A stretch of 31,716 nt of DNA from Octopus sinensis (Eukaryota), in NCBI RefSeq assembly GCF_006345805.1, contig NW_021832111.1, positions 1 through 31,716 on the forward strand, in the 5' to 3' direction. The translations under genes were made by a program, and so were the position numbers. Positions 1 to 13,405 of this stretch are shown in pieces. How positions within the stretch are numbered: the stretch's first letter is position 1; the number at the start of each line of letters is the position of its first letter. The notes below the pieces were generated by a model. The model saw only the letters and a program-made list of their open reading frames with translations. It ran no database searches and was not told the DNA's origin.

Positions 1-664
1 GTCCCTAGATTGAAGAATTGGGGTACTTTAGATTATTTAATGAATTGTGTAATATATTTTAAAATTTGGTGAGCGTCTCAAGATGTGAGAACAGGAAATA
101 CTTGAGATTATGTATTCATTTCATAATATATTTGTAATTGGAAGGTCTCTAGATGTGAAAAATGGGTGTAATTGAGATTATGTAATTAATTGCGTTATAT
201 ATTATGCAATTAAGAGATGTCCTAGATTGGAAGACATTGGGGTACTTTAGATTATTTAATGAATTGTGTAATATATTTTGAAATTTGTGAGCGTCTCAAG
301 ATGTGAGAACATGGAAATACTTGAGATTATGTAATTAATTTCATAATATATAATGTAATTTGGAAGGTCTCAAGATGTGAGAAAATGCGTGTACTTGAGA
401 TTATGTAATATATTGCCTTATATATTATGCAATTAAGAGATGTCCCTAGATTGGAAGAAATTGGGGTACTTTAGATTATTTAATGAATTGTGTAATATAT
501 TTTAAAATTTGTGAGCGTCTCAAGATGTGAGAACATGGAAATACTTGAGATTATGTAATTAATTTCATAATATATAATGTAATTTGGAAGGTCTCTAGAT
601 GTGAGAAAATGGGTGTAATTGAGATTTGTAATTAATTGCGTTATATACTATGCAATTAAAAGAT

Positions 665-812
665 GTCCCTAGATTTGAAGACATGGGGGTCCTTGAGATT
701 ATTTAATGAATTACGTAATATATTTTCAATTTGTGAGCGTCTCAAGATGTGAGAACATGGGAGTACTTGAGATTATGTAATTAATATCGTAATATATATG
801 CAATTAAGAGAT
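665..812. repeat. Short ~149-bp unit, class A + B/C hybrid (example; about 18 copies)
   Basis: A B head (gtctcaagatgtgagaacatgggagtacttgagattatgtaat) runs directly into a C tail (..cgt(t/a)atatattatgcaattaagagat). Also at ~3373, 6684, 7271, 13261, 14432, 16582, 18727, 19542, 20271, 21740, 22559, 24699, 26838, 27646, 28378, 29865, 30683. Confidence 0.9.
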
Positions 813-959
813 GTCCATAGATGTTTGAAGACAGGGGGACTTGAGATTATGTAATTAATTTCAAAATATATAATTTAATTTGGAAGGTCTCTAGATGTGA
901 GAAAATGGGTGTAATTGAGATTGTAAATTAATTGCGTTATATATTATGCAAATAAACAT
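813..959. repeat. Short ~149-bp unit, class A/B hybrid + C (example; about 12 copies)
   Basis: An A head (usually gtccatagatttgaagacaagggggtacttgag) runs into a B tail (taatttcataatatataatttaatttggaag), then C. Also at ~1912, 3735, 5436, 7417, 8463, 10319, 12023, 13621, 20126, 28234, 31273. Confidence 0.9.
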
Positions 960-1878
960 GTCCTAGATTTGAAGACATTGGGGTACTTGAGATTATTTAA
1001 TAATTGCGCTAACATATTTTACAATTTGGGAGCGTCTCAAGATGTGAGACATTGGAGTACTTGAGATTATGTAATTAATTTCATAATATATTGTAATTTG
1101 GAGCCTCTAATGTTAGAAATGGATGTACTTGAGATTATGTAATTAATTTCATAATATATAATGTAATTTGGAAGGTCTCTAGATGTGAGAAAATGGGTGT
1201 AATTGAGATTATGTAATTAATTGCGTTATATATTATGCAATTAAGAGATGTCCCTAGATTTAAAGACATGGGGTCTTGAGATTATTTATTAAGAATTGCC
1301 TAACATATTTTACAATTTGGGAGCGTCTCAAGATGTGAGAACATGGGAGTACTTGAGTTTATGTAATTCATTTCATAATATATAATGTAATTTGGAAGGT
1401 CTCTAGATGTGAGAAAATGGTGTAATTGAGATTATGTAATTATTGCGTATATATTATGCAATTAAGAGATGTCCCTAGATTTGAAAAATGGGGGTCCTTG
1501 AGATTATTTAATGAATTGCTAATATATTTTAAAATTTGTGAGCGTCTCAAGATGTGAGAACATGAAGTACTTGAGATTATGTAATTAATTTCATAATATA
1601 TAATGTAATTTGGAAGGTCTCTAGATGTGAGAAAATGGTGTAATTGAGATTATGTAATTATTGCGTTATATATTATGCAATTAAGAGATGTCCCTAGATT
1701 TGAAGACATGTGGGTCCTTGAGATTATTTAAAGAATTGCCTAACTATTTTACAATTTGGGAGCGTCTCAAGATGTGAGAACATGGAGTACTTGAGTTTAT
1801 GTAATTAATTTCATAATATATAATTGTAATTTGGAAGGTCTCTAGATGTTAGGAAATGGTGTACTTGAAATTATGTAA

Positions 1879-1906
1879 TTAATTGCGTAATATATTATGC
1901 AATTAA
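1879..1906. other. 28-bp near-perfect palindrome in the C subunit tail (example copy)
   Basis: ttaattgc-g-taatatatta-t-gcaattaa is self-complementary except for one g/t pair. The commoner C variant (gcgttatatatt) keeps the 8-bp arms ttaattgc/gcaattaa. Confidence 0.95.
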
Positions 1907-4900
1907 GAGATGTCCATAGATTTGAAGACAAGGGGTACTTGATTATTTATTAATTCATAATATTAATTTAATTTGGAAGGTCTCTAGATGTGAGAAAATG
2001 GGTGTAATTGAGATTATGTAATTAATTGCGTTATATATTATGCAATTAAAAGATGTCCCTAGATTTGAAGACATTGGGGTCCTTGAGATTATTTAAAGAA
2101 TCCTAATATATTTAACAATTTGGGAGCGTCTCAAGATGTGAGAACATTTGAGTACTTGAGTTATGTAATTAATTTCATAATATATGTAATTTGGAAGGTC
2201 TCTAGATGTTAGGAAATGTGTGTACTTGAAATTATGTAATTAATTGCGTAATATATTATGCAATTAAGAGATGTCCCTAGATTTGAAGACATGGGGGTCC
2301 TTGAGATTATTTAAAGAATTGCCTAACTATTTTACAATTTGGGAGCGTCTCAAGATGTGAGAACATGGGAGTACTTGAGTTTATGTAATTAATTTCATAT
2401 ATATAATGTAATTTTGGAAGGTCTCTAGATGTGAGAAAATGGGGTAATTGAGATTATGTAATTAATTGTGTTATATATTATGCAATTAAGACATGTCCCT
2501 AGATTTGAAGAAATGGGGTCCTTGAGATTATTTAAGAATTGCGTAATAATTTTAATTTTTTGAGCGTCTCAAGATGTGAGAACATGGAATACTTGAGATT
2601 ATGTAATTAATTTCATAATATATAATGTAATTTGAAGGTCTCTAGATGTGAGAAAATGGGTGTAATGAGATTATGTAATTAATTGCGTTATATATTATGC
2701 AATTAAGAGATGTCCCTAGATTTGAAGACATGGGGGTCCTTGAGATTATTTAAAGAATTGCCTAACATATTTTACAATTTGGGAGCGTCTCAAGATGTGA
2801 GAACATGGGAGTACTTGAGTTTATGTAATTCATTTCATAATATATAATGTAATTTGGAAGGTCTCTAGATGTTAGAAATGGGTGTAATTGAGATTATGTA
2901 ATTAATTGCGTTATATATTATGCAATTAAGAGATGTCCCTAGATTTGAAGACATGGGGGTCCTTGAGATTATTTAATGAATTGCGTAATATATTTTACAA
3001 TTTGGGAGCGTCTCAAGATGTGAGAACATGGAAATACTTGAGTTATGTAATTAATTTCATAATATATAATGTAATTTGAAGGTCTCTAGATGTGAGAAAA
3101 TGGGTGTAATTGAGATTATGTAATTAATTGCGTTATATATTATGCAATAAGAGATGTCCTAGATTTGAAGACATGGGGGTCTTGAGATTATTTAAAGAAT
3201 TGCCTAACATATTTTACAATTGGGAGCGTCTCAAGATGTGAGAACATGGGAGTACTTGAGTTTATGTAATTAATTCATAATATATAATGTAATTTGGAAG
3301 GTCTCTAGATGTTAGGAAATGGTGTACTTGAAATTATGTATTAATTGCGTATATATTATGCAATTAAGAGATGTCCCTAGATTTGAAGAATGGGGGTCTT
3401 GAGATTATTTAATGAATTACGTAATATTTTACAATTTGGGAGCGTCTCAAGATGTGAGAACATGGGAGTACTTGAAATTATGTAATTAATTTCGTATATA
3501 TTATGCAATTAAGAGATGTCCCTAGATTGGAAGAAATTGGGGTACTTTAGATTATTTAATGAATTGTGTAATATATTTTAAAATTTGTGAGCGTCTCAAG
3601 ATGTGAGAACATGGAATACTTGAGATTATGTAATAATTTCATAATATATATGTAATTTTGGAAGTCTCTAGATGTTAGAAATGTGTACTTTAAATTATGT
3701 AATTAATTGCGTATATATTATGCAATTAAGAGATGTCCATAGATTTGAAGACAAGGGGTACTTGAGTTTATGTAATTAATTTCATAATATATAATGTAAT
3801 TTGGAAGGTCTCTAGATGTGAGAAATTGGGTGTACTTGAAATTATGTAATTAATTGCGTAATATATTATGCAATTAAGAGATGTCTATAGATTTGAAGAC
3901 ATTGGGTACTTAAGATTATTTAAAGAATTGCCTAATATATTTAACAATTTGGGAGCGTTTCAAGATGTGAGAACATGAGAGTACTTGAGTTTATGTAATT
4001 AATTTCATAATATATAACGTAATTTGGAAAGTCTCTAGATGTGAGAAAATGGGTGTAATTGAAATTATGTAATTAATTGCGTTATATATTATGCAAATAA
4101 GACATGTCCCTAGATTTGAAGACATTGGGGTACTTGAGATTATTTAATGAATTACGTAATATATTTTACAATTTGGGAGCGTCTCAAGATGTGAGAACAT
4201 GGGAGTACTTGAGATTATGTAATTAATTTCATAATATATAATTTAATTTGGAAGGTCTCTAGATGTGAGAAAATGGGTGTAATTGAGATTATGTAATTAT
4301 TGCGATTGCGTTATATATTATGCAATTAAGATGTCCCTAGATTTGAAGACATGGGGTCCTTGAGATTATTTAAAGAATTGCCTAACATATTTTACAATTT
4401 GGGAGCGTCTCAAGATGTGAGAACATTTGAGTACTTGAGTTATGTAATTAATTTCATAATATATAATGTAATTTGAAGGTCTCTAGATGTTAGGAAATGT
4501 GTGTACTTGAAATTATGTAATTAATTGCGTATATATTATGCAATTAAGAGATGTCCCTAGATTGGAAGACATTGGGGTACTTGAGATTATTTAATGAATT
4601 GTCTAATATATTTTAAATTTTGGAGCGTCTCAAGATGTGAGAACATGGAGTACTTGAGATTATGTAATTAATTTCATATATAATGTAATTTGGAAGGTCT
4701 CTAGATGTGAGAAAATGGGTGTAATTGAGATTATGTAATTAATTGCGTTATATATTATGCAATTAAGAGATGTCCCTAGATTTGAAGACATGGGGGTCCT
4801 TGAGATTATTTAAAGAATTGCCTAACATATTTTACAATTTGGGAGCGTCTCAAGATGTGAGAACATGGGAGTACTTGAGTTTATGTAATTCATTTCATAA

Positions 4901-6829
4901 TATATAATGTAATTTGGAAGGTCTCTAGATGTGAGAAAATGGGTGTAATTGAGATTATGTAATTAATTGCGTTATATATTATGCAATTAAGACATGTCCC
5001 TAGATTTGAAGAAATGGGGGTCCTTGAGATTATTTAAGAATTACGTAATATATTTTAAAATTTGGGAGCGTCTCAAGATGTGAGAACATGGAAATACTTG
5101 AGATTATGTAATTATTTCATAATATATAATGTAATTTGGAAGGTCTCTAGATGTGAGAAAATGGGTGTAATTGAGATTATGTAATTATTGCGTTATATAT
5201 TATGCAATTAAGAGATGTCCCTAGATTTGAAGACATGGGGTCCTTGAGATTATTTAAAGAATTGCCTAACATATTTTACAATTTGGGAGCGTCTCAAGAT
5301 GTGAGAACATGGGAGTACTTGAGTTTATGTAATTATTTCATAATATATAATGTAATTTGGAAGGTCTCTAGATGTTAGGAATGGTGTACTTGAAATTATG
5401 TAATTAATTGCGTAATATATTATGCATTAAGAGATGTCCATAGATTTGAAGACAAGGGGGTACTTGAGATTATTTATTAATTTCATAATATATAATTTAA
5501 TTTGAAGTCTCTAGATGTGAGAAAATGGGTGTACTTGAGATTATGTAATTAATTGCGTTATATATTATGCAATTAAGAGATGTCCCTAGATTTGAAGACA
5601 TGGGGGTACTTGAGATTATTTAAAGAATTGCCTAATATATTTTACAATTTGGAGCGTCTCAAGATGTGAGAACATGGAGTACTTGAGATTATGTAATTAA
5701 TTTCATAATATATAATGTAATTTGGAAGGTCTCTAGTTATGAGAAATGTGTGTACTTGAATTATGTAATTAATTGCGTAATATATTATGCAATTAAGAGA
5801 TGTCCCTAGATTTGAAGAAATTGGGGTACTTTAGATTATTTAAGAATTGTGTAATATATTTTAAAATTGTGAGCGTCTCAAGATGTGAGAACATGGAATA
5901 CTTGAGATTATGTAATTAATTTCATAATATATAATGTAATTTGGAAGGTCTCTAGATGTGAGAAATGGGTGTAATTGAGATTATGTAATTATTGCGTTTA
6001 TATTATGCAATTAAGAGATGTCCCTAGATTTGAAGACATGGGGGTCCTTGAGATTATTTAAAGAATTGCCTAACATATTTTACAATTTGGGAGCGTCTCA
6101 AGATGTGAGAACATGGGAGTACTTGAGTTTATGTAATTCATTTCATAATATATAATGTAATTTGGAAGGTCTCTAGATGTTAGAAATGGGTGTAATTGAG
6201 ATTATGTAATTAATTGCGTTATATATTATGCAATTAAGACATGTCCCTAGATTTGAAGACATGGGGGTACTTGAGATTATTTAATGAATTACGTAATATA
6301 TTTTAAAATTTGTGAGCGTCTCAAGATGTGAGAACATGGAATACTTGAGATTATGTAATTAATTTCATAATATATAATGTAATTTGGAAGGTCTCTAGAT
6401 GTGAGAAAATGGGTGTATTGAGATTATGTAATTATTGCGTTATATATTATGCAATTAAGAGATGTCCTAGATTTGAAGACATGGGGGTCCTTGAGATTAT
6501 TTAAAGAATTGCCTAACATATTTTACAATTTGGGAGCGTCTCAAGATGTGAGAACATGGGAGTACTTGAGTTTATGTAATTCATTTCATAATATATAATG
6601 TAATTTGGAAGGTCTCTAGATGTTAGGAATGGTGTACTTGAAATTATGTAATTAATTGCGTAATATATATGCAATTAAGAGATGTCCATAGATTTGAAGA
6701 CAGGGGGTACTTGAGATTATTTAATGAATTGCCTAACATATTTTACAATTTGGAGCGTCTCAAGATGTGAGAAAATGGGAGTACTTGAGATTATGTAATA
6801 TTGCGTTATATATTATGCAATTAAGAGAT

Positions 6830-9800
6830 GTCCCTAGATTGGAAGACATGGGGTACTTGAGATTATTTAATGATTGTTTAATATATTTTAAAATTTGTGA
6901 GCGTCTCAAGATGTGAGAACATGGAAATACTTGAGATTATGTAATTAATTCATAATATATATGTAATTTGGAAGGTCTCAAGATGTGAGAAATGCGTGTA
7001 CTTGAGATTTATGTAATATATTGCCTTATATATTATGCAATTAAGAGATGTCCCTAGATTGGAAGAAATTGGGGTACTTTAGATTATTTAATGAATTGTG
7101 TAATATATTTTAAATTTGTGAGCGTCTCAAGATGTGAGAACATGGAAATACTTGAGATTATGTAATTAATTTCATAATATATAATGTAATTTGGAAGGTC
7201 TCTAGATGTGAGAAATGGGTGTAATTGAGATTATGTAATTAATTGCGTTATATATATGCAATTAAGAGATGTCCCTAGATTTGAAGACATGGGGGTCCTG
7301 AGATTATTTAATGAATTACGTATATATTTTACAATTTGTGAGCGTCTCAAGATGTGAGAACATGGGAGTACTTGAGATTATGTAATAATATTGTAAATAT
7401 TATGCAATTAAGAGATGTCCATAGGTTTGAAGACCACGGGGGGTACTTGAGATTATGTAATTAATTTCAAAATATATAATGTATTTTGGAAGGTCTCTAG
7501 TGTAGAAAATGGGTGTAATTGAGATTATGTAATAATTGCGTTATATATTATGCAATTAAGACATGTCCCTAGTTTTGAAAGACGCAGGGGGTAACTTGAG
7601 ATTATTTAATGAATTGGTAATATATTTTACAATTTGTGGAGCGTCTCAAGATGTGAAACATGAATACTTGAGATTATGTATTAATTTCATAATATATAAT
7701 GTAATTTGGAAGGTCTCTAGATGTGAGAAAATGGGTGTAATTGAGATTATGTAATTAATTGCGTTATATATTATGCAATTAAGAGATGTCCCTAGATTTG
7801 AAGACATGGGGTCCTTGAGATTATTTAAAGAATTGCCTAACATATTTTACAATTTGGGAGCGTCTCAAGATGTGAGAACATGGGAGTACTTGAGTTTATG
7901 TAATTCATTTCATAATATATAATGTAATTTTGGAAGGTCTCTAGATGTGAGAAAATGGGTGTAATTGAGATTATGTAATTAATTGCGTTATATATTATGC
8001 AATTAAGACATGTCCCTAGATTTGAAGAAATGGGGGTCCTTGAGATTATTTAATGAATTACGTAATATATTTTAAAATTTGTGAGCGTCTCAAGATGTGA
8101 GAACATGGAAATACTTGAGATTATGTAATTAATTTCATAATATATAATGTAATTTGGAAGGTCTCTAGATGTGAGAAAATGGGTGTAATTGAGATTATGT
8201 AATTATTGCGTTATATATTATGCAATTAAGAGATGTACCTAGATTTGAAGACATGGGGGTCCTTGAGATTATTTAAAGAATTGCCTAACATATTTTACAA
8301 TTTGGGAGCGTCTCAAGATGTGAGAACATGGGAGTACTTGAGTTTATGTAATTCATTTCATAATATATAATGTAATTTGGAAGGTCTCTAGATGTTAGGA
8401 AATGGTGTACTGACTTGAAATTATGTAATTAATTTTGCGTAAATATTATGCAATTAAGAGATGTCCATAGATTTGAAGACAAGGGGGTACTTGAGATTAT
8501 TTAATTAATTTCATAATATATAATTTAATTTGGAAGGTCTCTAGATGTGAGAAAATGGGTGTAATTGAGATTATGTAATAATAATATTGCGAATTAATAT
8601 ATATTATGCAAATAAGAGAATGTCCCTAGATTTGAAGACATGGGGGTCCTTGAGATTATTTAAAGAATTGCCTAACACATTTTACAATTTGGGAGCGTCT
8701 CAAGATGTGAGAACATTTGAGTACTTGAGTTATGTAATTAATTTCATAATATATAATGTAATTTGGAAGGTTCTAGATGTTAGGAAATGTGTGTACTTGA
8801 ACTTATTGTAATTAATTGCGTAATATATTATGCAATTAAAAGATGTCCCTAGATTTGGATAAATTGGGGTACTTTAGATTATTTAAAGAAATTGCCTTAA
8901 TATATTTTAAATTTGGGAGCGTCTCAAGATGTGAGAACATGGAAGTACTTGAGATTATGTATTACTTTCATAATATATATGTAATTTTGGAAGGTCTTAG
9001 ATTAGATGTGAGAAAATGGGGTGTAATTAAGATTATGTAATTAATTGTGTTATATATTATGCAATTAAGCATGTCCCTAGATTTGAAGAAATGGGGGTCC
9101 TTGAGATTATTTAAAGAATTACTAACAATTTTACAATTTGTGAGCGTCTCAAGATGTGAGAACATGGGAGTACTTGAGTTTATGTAATTAATTTCATAAT
9201 ATATAATGTAATTTTGAAGGTCTCTAGATGTGAGAAAATGGTTGTAATTAAGTATGGTAATTAATTGCGTTATATATTATGCAATTAAGACATGGTCCCT
9301 AGATTTGAAGAAATGGGGGTCCTTGAGATTATTTAAAGAATTACGTACATATTTTAAAATTTGTGAGCGTCTCAAGATGTGAGAACATGGAATACTTGAG
9401 ATTTATGTAATTAATTTCATAATATATAATGTAATTTGGAAGGTCTCTAGATGTGAAAAAATGGGTGTAATTGAGATTATGTAATTATTGTGTTATATAT
9501 TATGCAATTAAGAGATGTCCCTAGATTTGAAGACATGGGGGTCCTTGAGATTATTTAAGAATTGCCTAACATATTTTACAATTTGGGAGCGTCTCAAGAT
9601 GTGAGAACATGGAGTACTTGAGTTTATGTAATTAATTTCATAATATATAATGTAATTTGGAAGTCTCTAGATGTTAGAAATGGTGTAATTGAGAATTATG
9701 TAATTATTGCGTATATATTATGCATTAAGAGATGTACCTAGATTTGAAGACAAGGGGGTCCTTGAGATTATTTTAAGAATTGCCTAACATATTTTACATT

Positions 9801-12800
9801 TGGGAGCGTCTCAAGATGTGAGAACATGGGAGTACTTGAGATTATTATGTAATATTCATAATATATTATGTAATTAAATTGGAAGGTGTCTAGATGTTAG
9901 GACATGGGGTACTTGAAATTATTTAATTAATGAATTGCGTAATATATTTTAAAATTTGTGAGCGTCTCAAGATTTGAGAAAATGGGGGTACTTGAGATTA
10001 TTTAATTAATTTCATAATATATTACAATTTATTGGGAGTCTCAAGATGTGAGGAATGTGTGTACTTGAAATTATGTAATTAATTTCGTAATATATTATGC
10101 AATTAAGAGATGTCCCTAGATTGGAAGAAATTGGGGTACTTTAGATTATTTAATTTGAATTGTGTAATATATTTTAAAATTTTGTGAGCGTCTCAAGTCT
10201 CAAGATGTAGAACAATGTGAAATTATGCTAATTTATAATATCTTTATAATTAAGCCTGTTGAGATTATGTACTTAAAATTATGTAATTAATAATAATATA
10301 TTATGCATATTAAGAGATGTCCATAGATTTGAGACAAGAAGTATTAATAATTTTTAATTTAATTAATTAAATGTACTATTGGAAGGTCTCTAGATGTGAG
10401 AAAATGGGTGTAATTGAGATTATGTAATTAATTGCGTTATATATTATGCAATTAAGAGATGTCCCTAGATTTGAAGACATGGGGGTCCTTGAGATTATTA
10501 AAAGAATTGCCTAACATATTTTACAATTTGGGAGCGTCTCAAGATGTGAGAACATGGGAGTACTTGAGTTATATGTAATTCATTTCATAATATATAATGT
10601 ATTTTGGAAGGTCTCTAGATGTGAGAAAATGGGTGTAATTAAGATTGTATAAATTAATTGCGTTATATATATATGCAATTAAGACATGTCCCTAGATTTG
10701 AAGAAATGGGGGTCCTTGAGATTATTTAATGAATTGACTAACATATTTTAAATAATTTGGGAGCGTCTCAAGATCTGTGAGAACATGGAAATACTTGAGA
10801 TTATTATTAAAGACATTTCAATTCATAATATATAATTATAATTTGGAAGGTCTCTAGATGTGAGAAAATGGGTGTAATTGAGATTATGTAATTAATTGCG
10901 TTATATATTATTTGCAATTAAGAAGATCCCTAGCTATATTTAAGACATGGGGTCTTTGAGATTATTTAAAGAAGAGGTAATATTTTACAATTTGGGAGCG
11001 TATAAGATGTGAGAAACATGTGAGTAATTGAGTTATGTAACAATTTTTTAACATAAAATATAATTTAATTTGGAAGGTCTCTAGATGTATTTAAATTGTG
11101 TGTACTTGAAATTATGTAATTATGCGTAATTGCAAGGAAGCGATTCCCTAGATGGAAGAAAAATTGGACTTTAGATTATTTAAAGAATTGCCTAACATTT
11201 TTAAAATTTGTGAGCGTCTCAAGATGTGAGACATGGAAGTACTTGAGATTATGTAATTCATTTCATAATATATAATGTAATTTGGAAGGTCTCTAGATGT
11301 GAGAAAATGGTGTAATTGAATTATGTAATTATTGCGTATATATTATGCAATTAAGAGATGTCCCTAGATTTGAAGACATGGGGGTCCTTGAGATTATTTA
11401 AAGAATTGCCTAACATATTTTACAATTTGGGAGCGTCTCAAGATGTGAGAACATGGGAGTACTTGAGTTTATGTAATTCATTTCATAATATATAATGTAA
11501 TTTTGGAAGGTCTCTAGATGTGAGAAAATGGGTGTAATTAAGATTATGTAATTAATTGTGTTATATATTATGCAATTAAGACATGTCCCTAGATTTGAAG
11601 AAATGGGGGTCCTTGAGATTATTTAATGAATTACGTAATATATTTTAAATTTGTGAGCGTCTCAAGATGTGAGAACATGGAAATACTTGAGATTATGTAA
11701 TTAATTTCATAATATATAATGTAATTTGGAAGGTCTCTAGATGTGAGAAAATGGGTGTAATTGAGATTATGTAATTATTGCGTTATATATTATGCAATTA
11801 AGAGATGTCCTAGATTTGAAGACATGGGGTCCTTGAGATTATTTAAGAATTGCCTAACATATTTTACAATTTGGGAGCGTCTCAAGATGTGAGAACAGGA
11901 GTACTTGAGTTTATGTAATTAATTTCATAATATATAATGTAATTTGGAGGTCTCTAGATGTTAGGAAATGGTGTACTTGAGATTATGTAATAATTGCGTA
12001 ATATATTATGCAATTAAGAGATGTCCCTAGATTTGAAGACAAGGGGGTACTTGAGATTATTTAATTAATTTCATAATATATAATTTAATTTGGAAGGTCT
12101 CTAGATGTGAGAAAATGGGTGTAATTGAGATTATGTAATTAATTGCGTTATATATTATGCAATTAAGAGATGTCCCTAGATTTGAAGACATGGGGTCCTT
12201 GATTATTTAAGAATTGCCTAATATATTTTACAATTTGGGAGCGTCTCAAGATGTGAGAACATGGAGTACTTGAGTTTATGTAATTAATTTCATAATATAT
12301 AATGTAATTTGGAAGGTCTCTAGATGAGGAATGTGTGTACTTGAAATTATGTAATTAATTGCGTATATATTATGCAATTAAGAGATGTCCCTAGATTGGA
12401 GAAATTGGGGTACTTGAGATTATTTAATGAATTGTGTAATATTTTAAAATGTGAGCGTCTCAAGATGTGAGAACATGGAATACTTGAGATTATGTAATTA
12501 ATTTCATAATATATAATGTAATTTGGAAGGTCTCTAGATGTGAGAAATGGGTGTACTTGAGATTATGTAATTATTGCGTTTATATTATGCAATTAAGAGA
12601 TGTCCCTAGATTTGAAGACATGGGGGTCCTTGAGATTATTTAAAGAATTGCCTAACATATTTTACAATTTGGGAGCGTCTCAAGATGTGAGAACATGGGA
12701 GTACTTGAGTTTATGTAATTCATTTCATAATATATAATGTAATTTGGAAGGTCTCTAGATGTTAGAAATGGGTGTAATTGAGATTATGTAATTAATTGCG

Positions 12801-13405
12801 TATATATTATGCAATTAAGAGATGTCCCTAGATTTGAAGACATGGGGGTCTTGAGATTATTTAATGAATTGCGTATATATTTTAAAATTTGGGAGCGTCT
12901 CAAGATGTGAGAACATGGAATACTTGAGATTATGTAATTAATTTCATAATATATAATGTAATTTGGAAGGTCTCTAGATGTGAGAAAATGGGTGTAATTG
13001 AGATTATGTAATTATTGCGTTATATATTATGCAATTAAGAGATGTCCTAGATTTGAAGACATGGGGTCCTTGAGATTATTTAAAGAATTGCCTAACATAT
13101 TTTACAATTTGGAGCGTCTCAAGATGTGAGAACATGGGAGTACTTGAGTTTATGTAATTCATTTCATAATATATAATGTAATTTGAAGGTCTCTAGATGT
13201 GAGAAATGGTGTACTTGAAATTATGTATTAATTGCGTAATATATTATGCAATTAAGAGATGTCCCTAGATTTGAAGAAATGGGGTACTTGAGATTATTTA
13301 ATGAATTTCGTAATATATTTACATTTGGAGCGTCTCAAGATGTGAGAACATGGGAGTACTTGAGATTATGTAATTATTGCGTAATATATTATGCAATTAA
13401 GAGAT
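6830..13405. repeat. ~6.6-kb higher-order repeat, copy 2 (32 units, partly garbled at 9.8-11.2 kb)
   Basis: Short units at the same ranks (~7271, 7417, 8463, garbled ~9960, 10319, 12023, 13261). Offsets to copy 1 are 6.54-6.61 kb. Confidence 0.75.
9830..11190. other. Low-fidelity or degenerate stretch of the same satellite
   Basis: Dense indels and chimeric subunits, worst at ~10190-10380 and ~10790-11180, while the unit order still matches 3.2-4.6 kb at about +6.59 kb. Confidence 0.8.

Larger units (their letters stand above)
219..6829. repeat. ~6.6-kb higher-order repeat, copy 1 (32 A-headed units)
   Basis: Short units at ranks 3,4,9,16,18,26,32 (starts ~665, 813, 1912, 3373, 3735, 5436, 6684). 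Private markers recur at about +6.6 kb: gccttata 415/7023, tcaaaatata 861/7467, ggaagaaattggggtactttag unit 3518/10112, unit 4772/11360. Confidence 0.8.

Noticed and set aside
1845-1856. TTAGG within C2 subunits (gatgttaggaaat) as telomeric repeat
   Set aside because: It is a single pentamer per subunit, never tandem, and only a point variant of gatgtgagaaaat.
4091-4100. Octamer motif atgcaaat in some C tails
   Set aside because: It is a one-base variant of atgcaatt in a minority of copies and is expected by chance in this AT-rich context.
7430-7445. CENP-B box
   Set aside because: The TTCG....A..CGGG arrangement is absent; cggg occurs only in the rare variant at ~7437 and ~28545 without the upstream TTCG.
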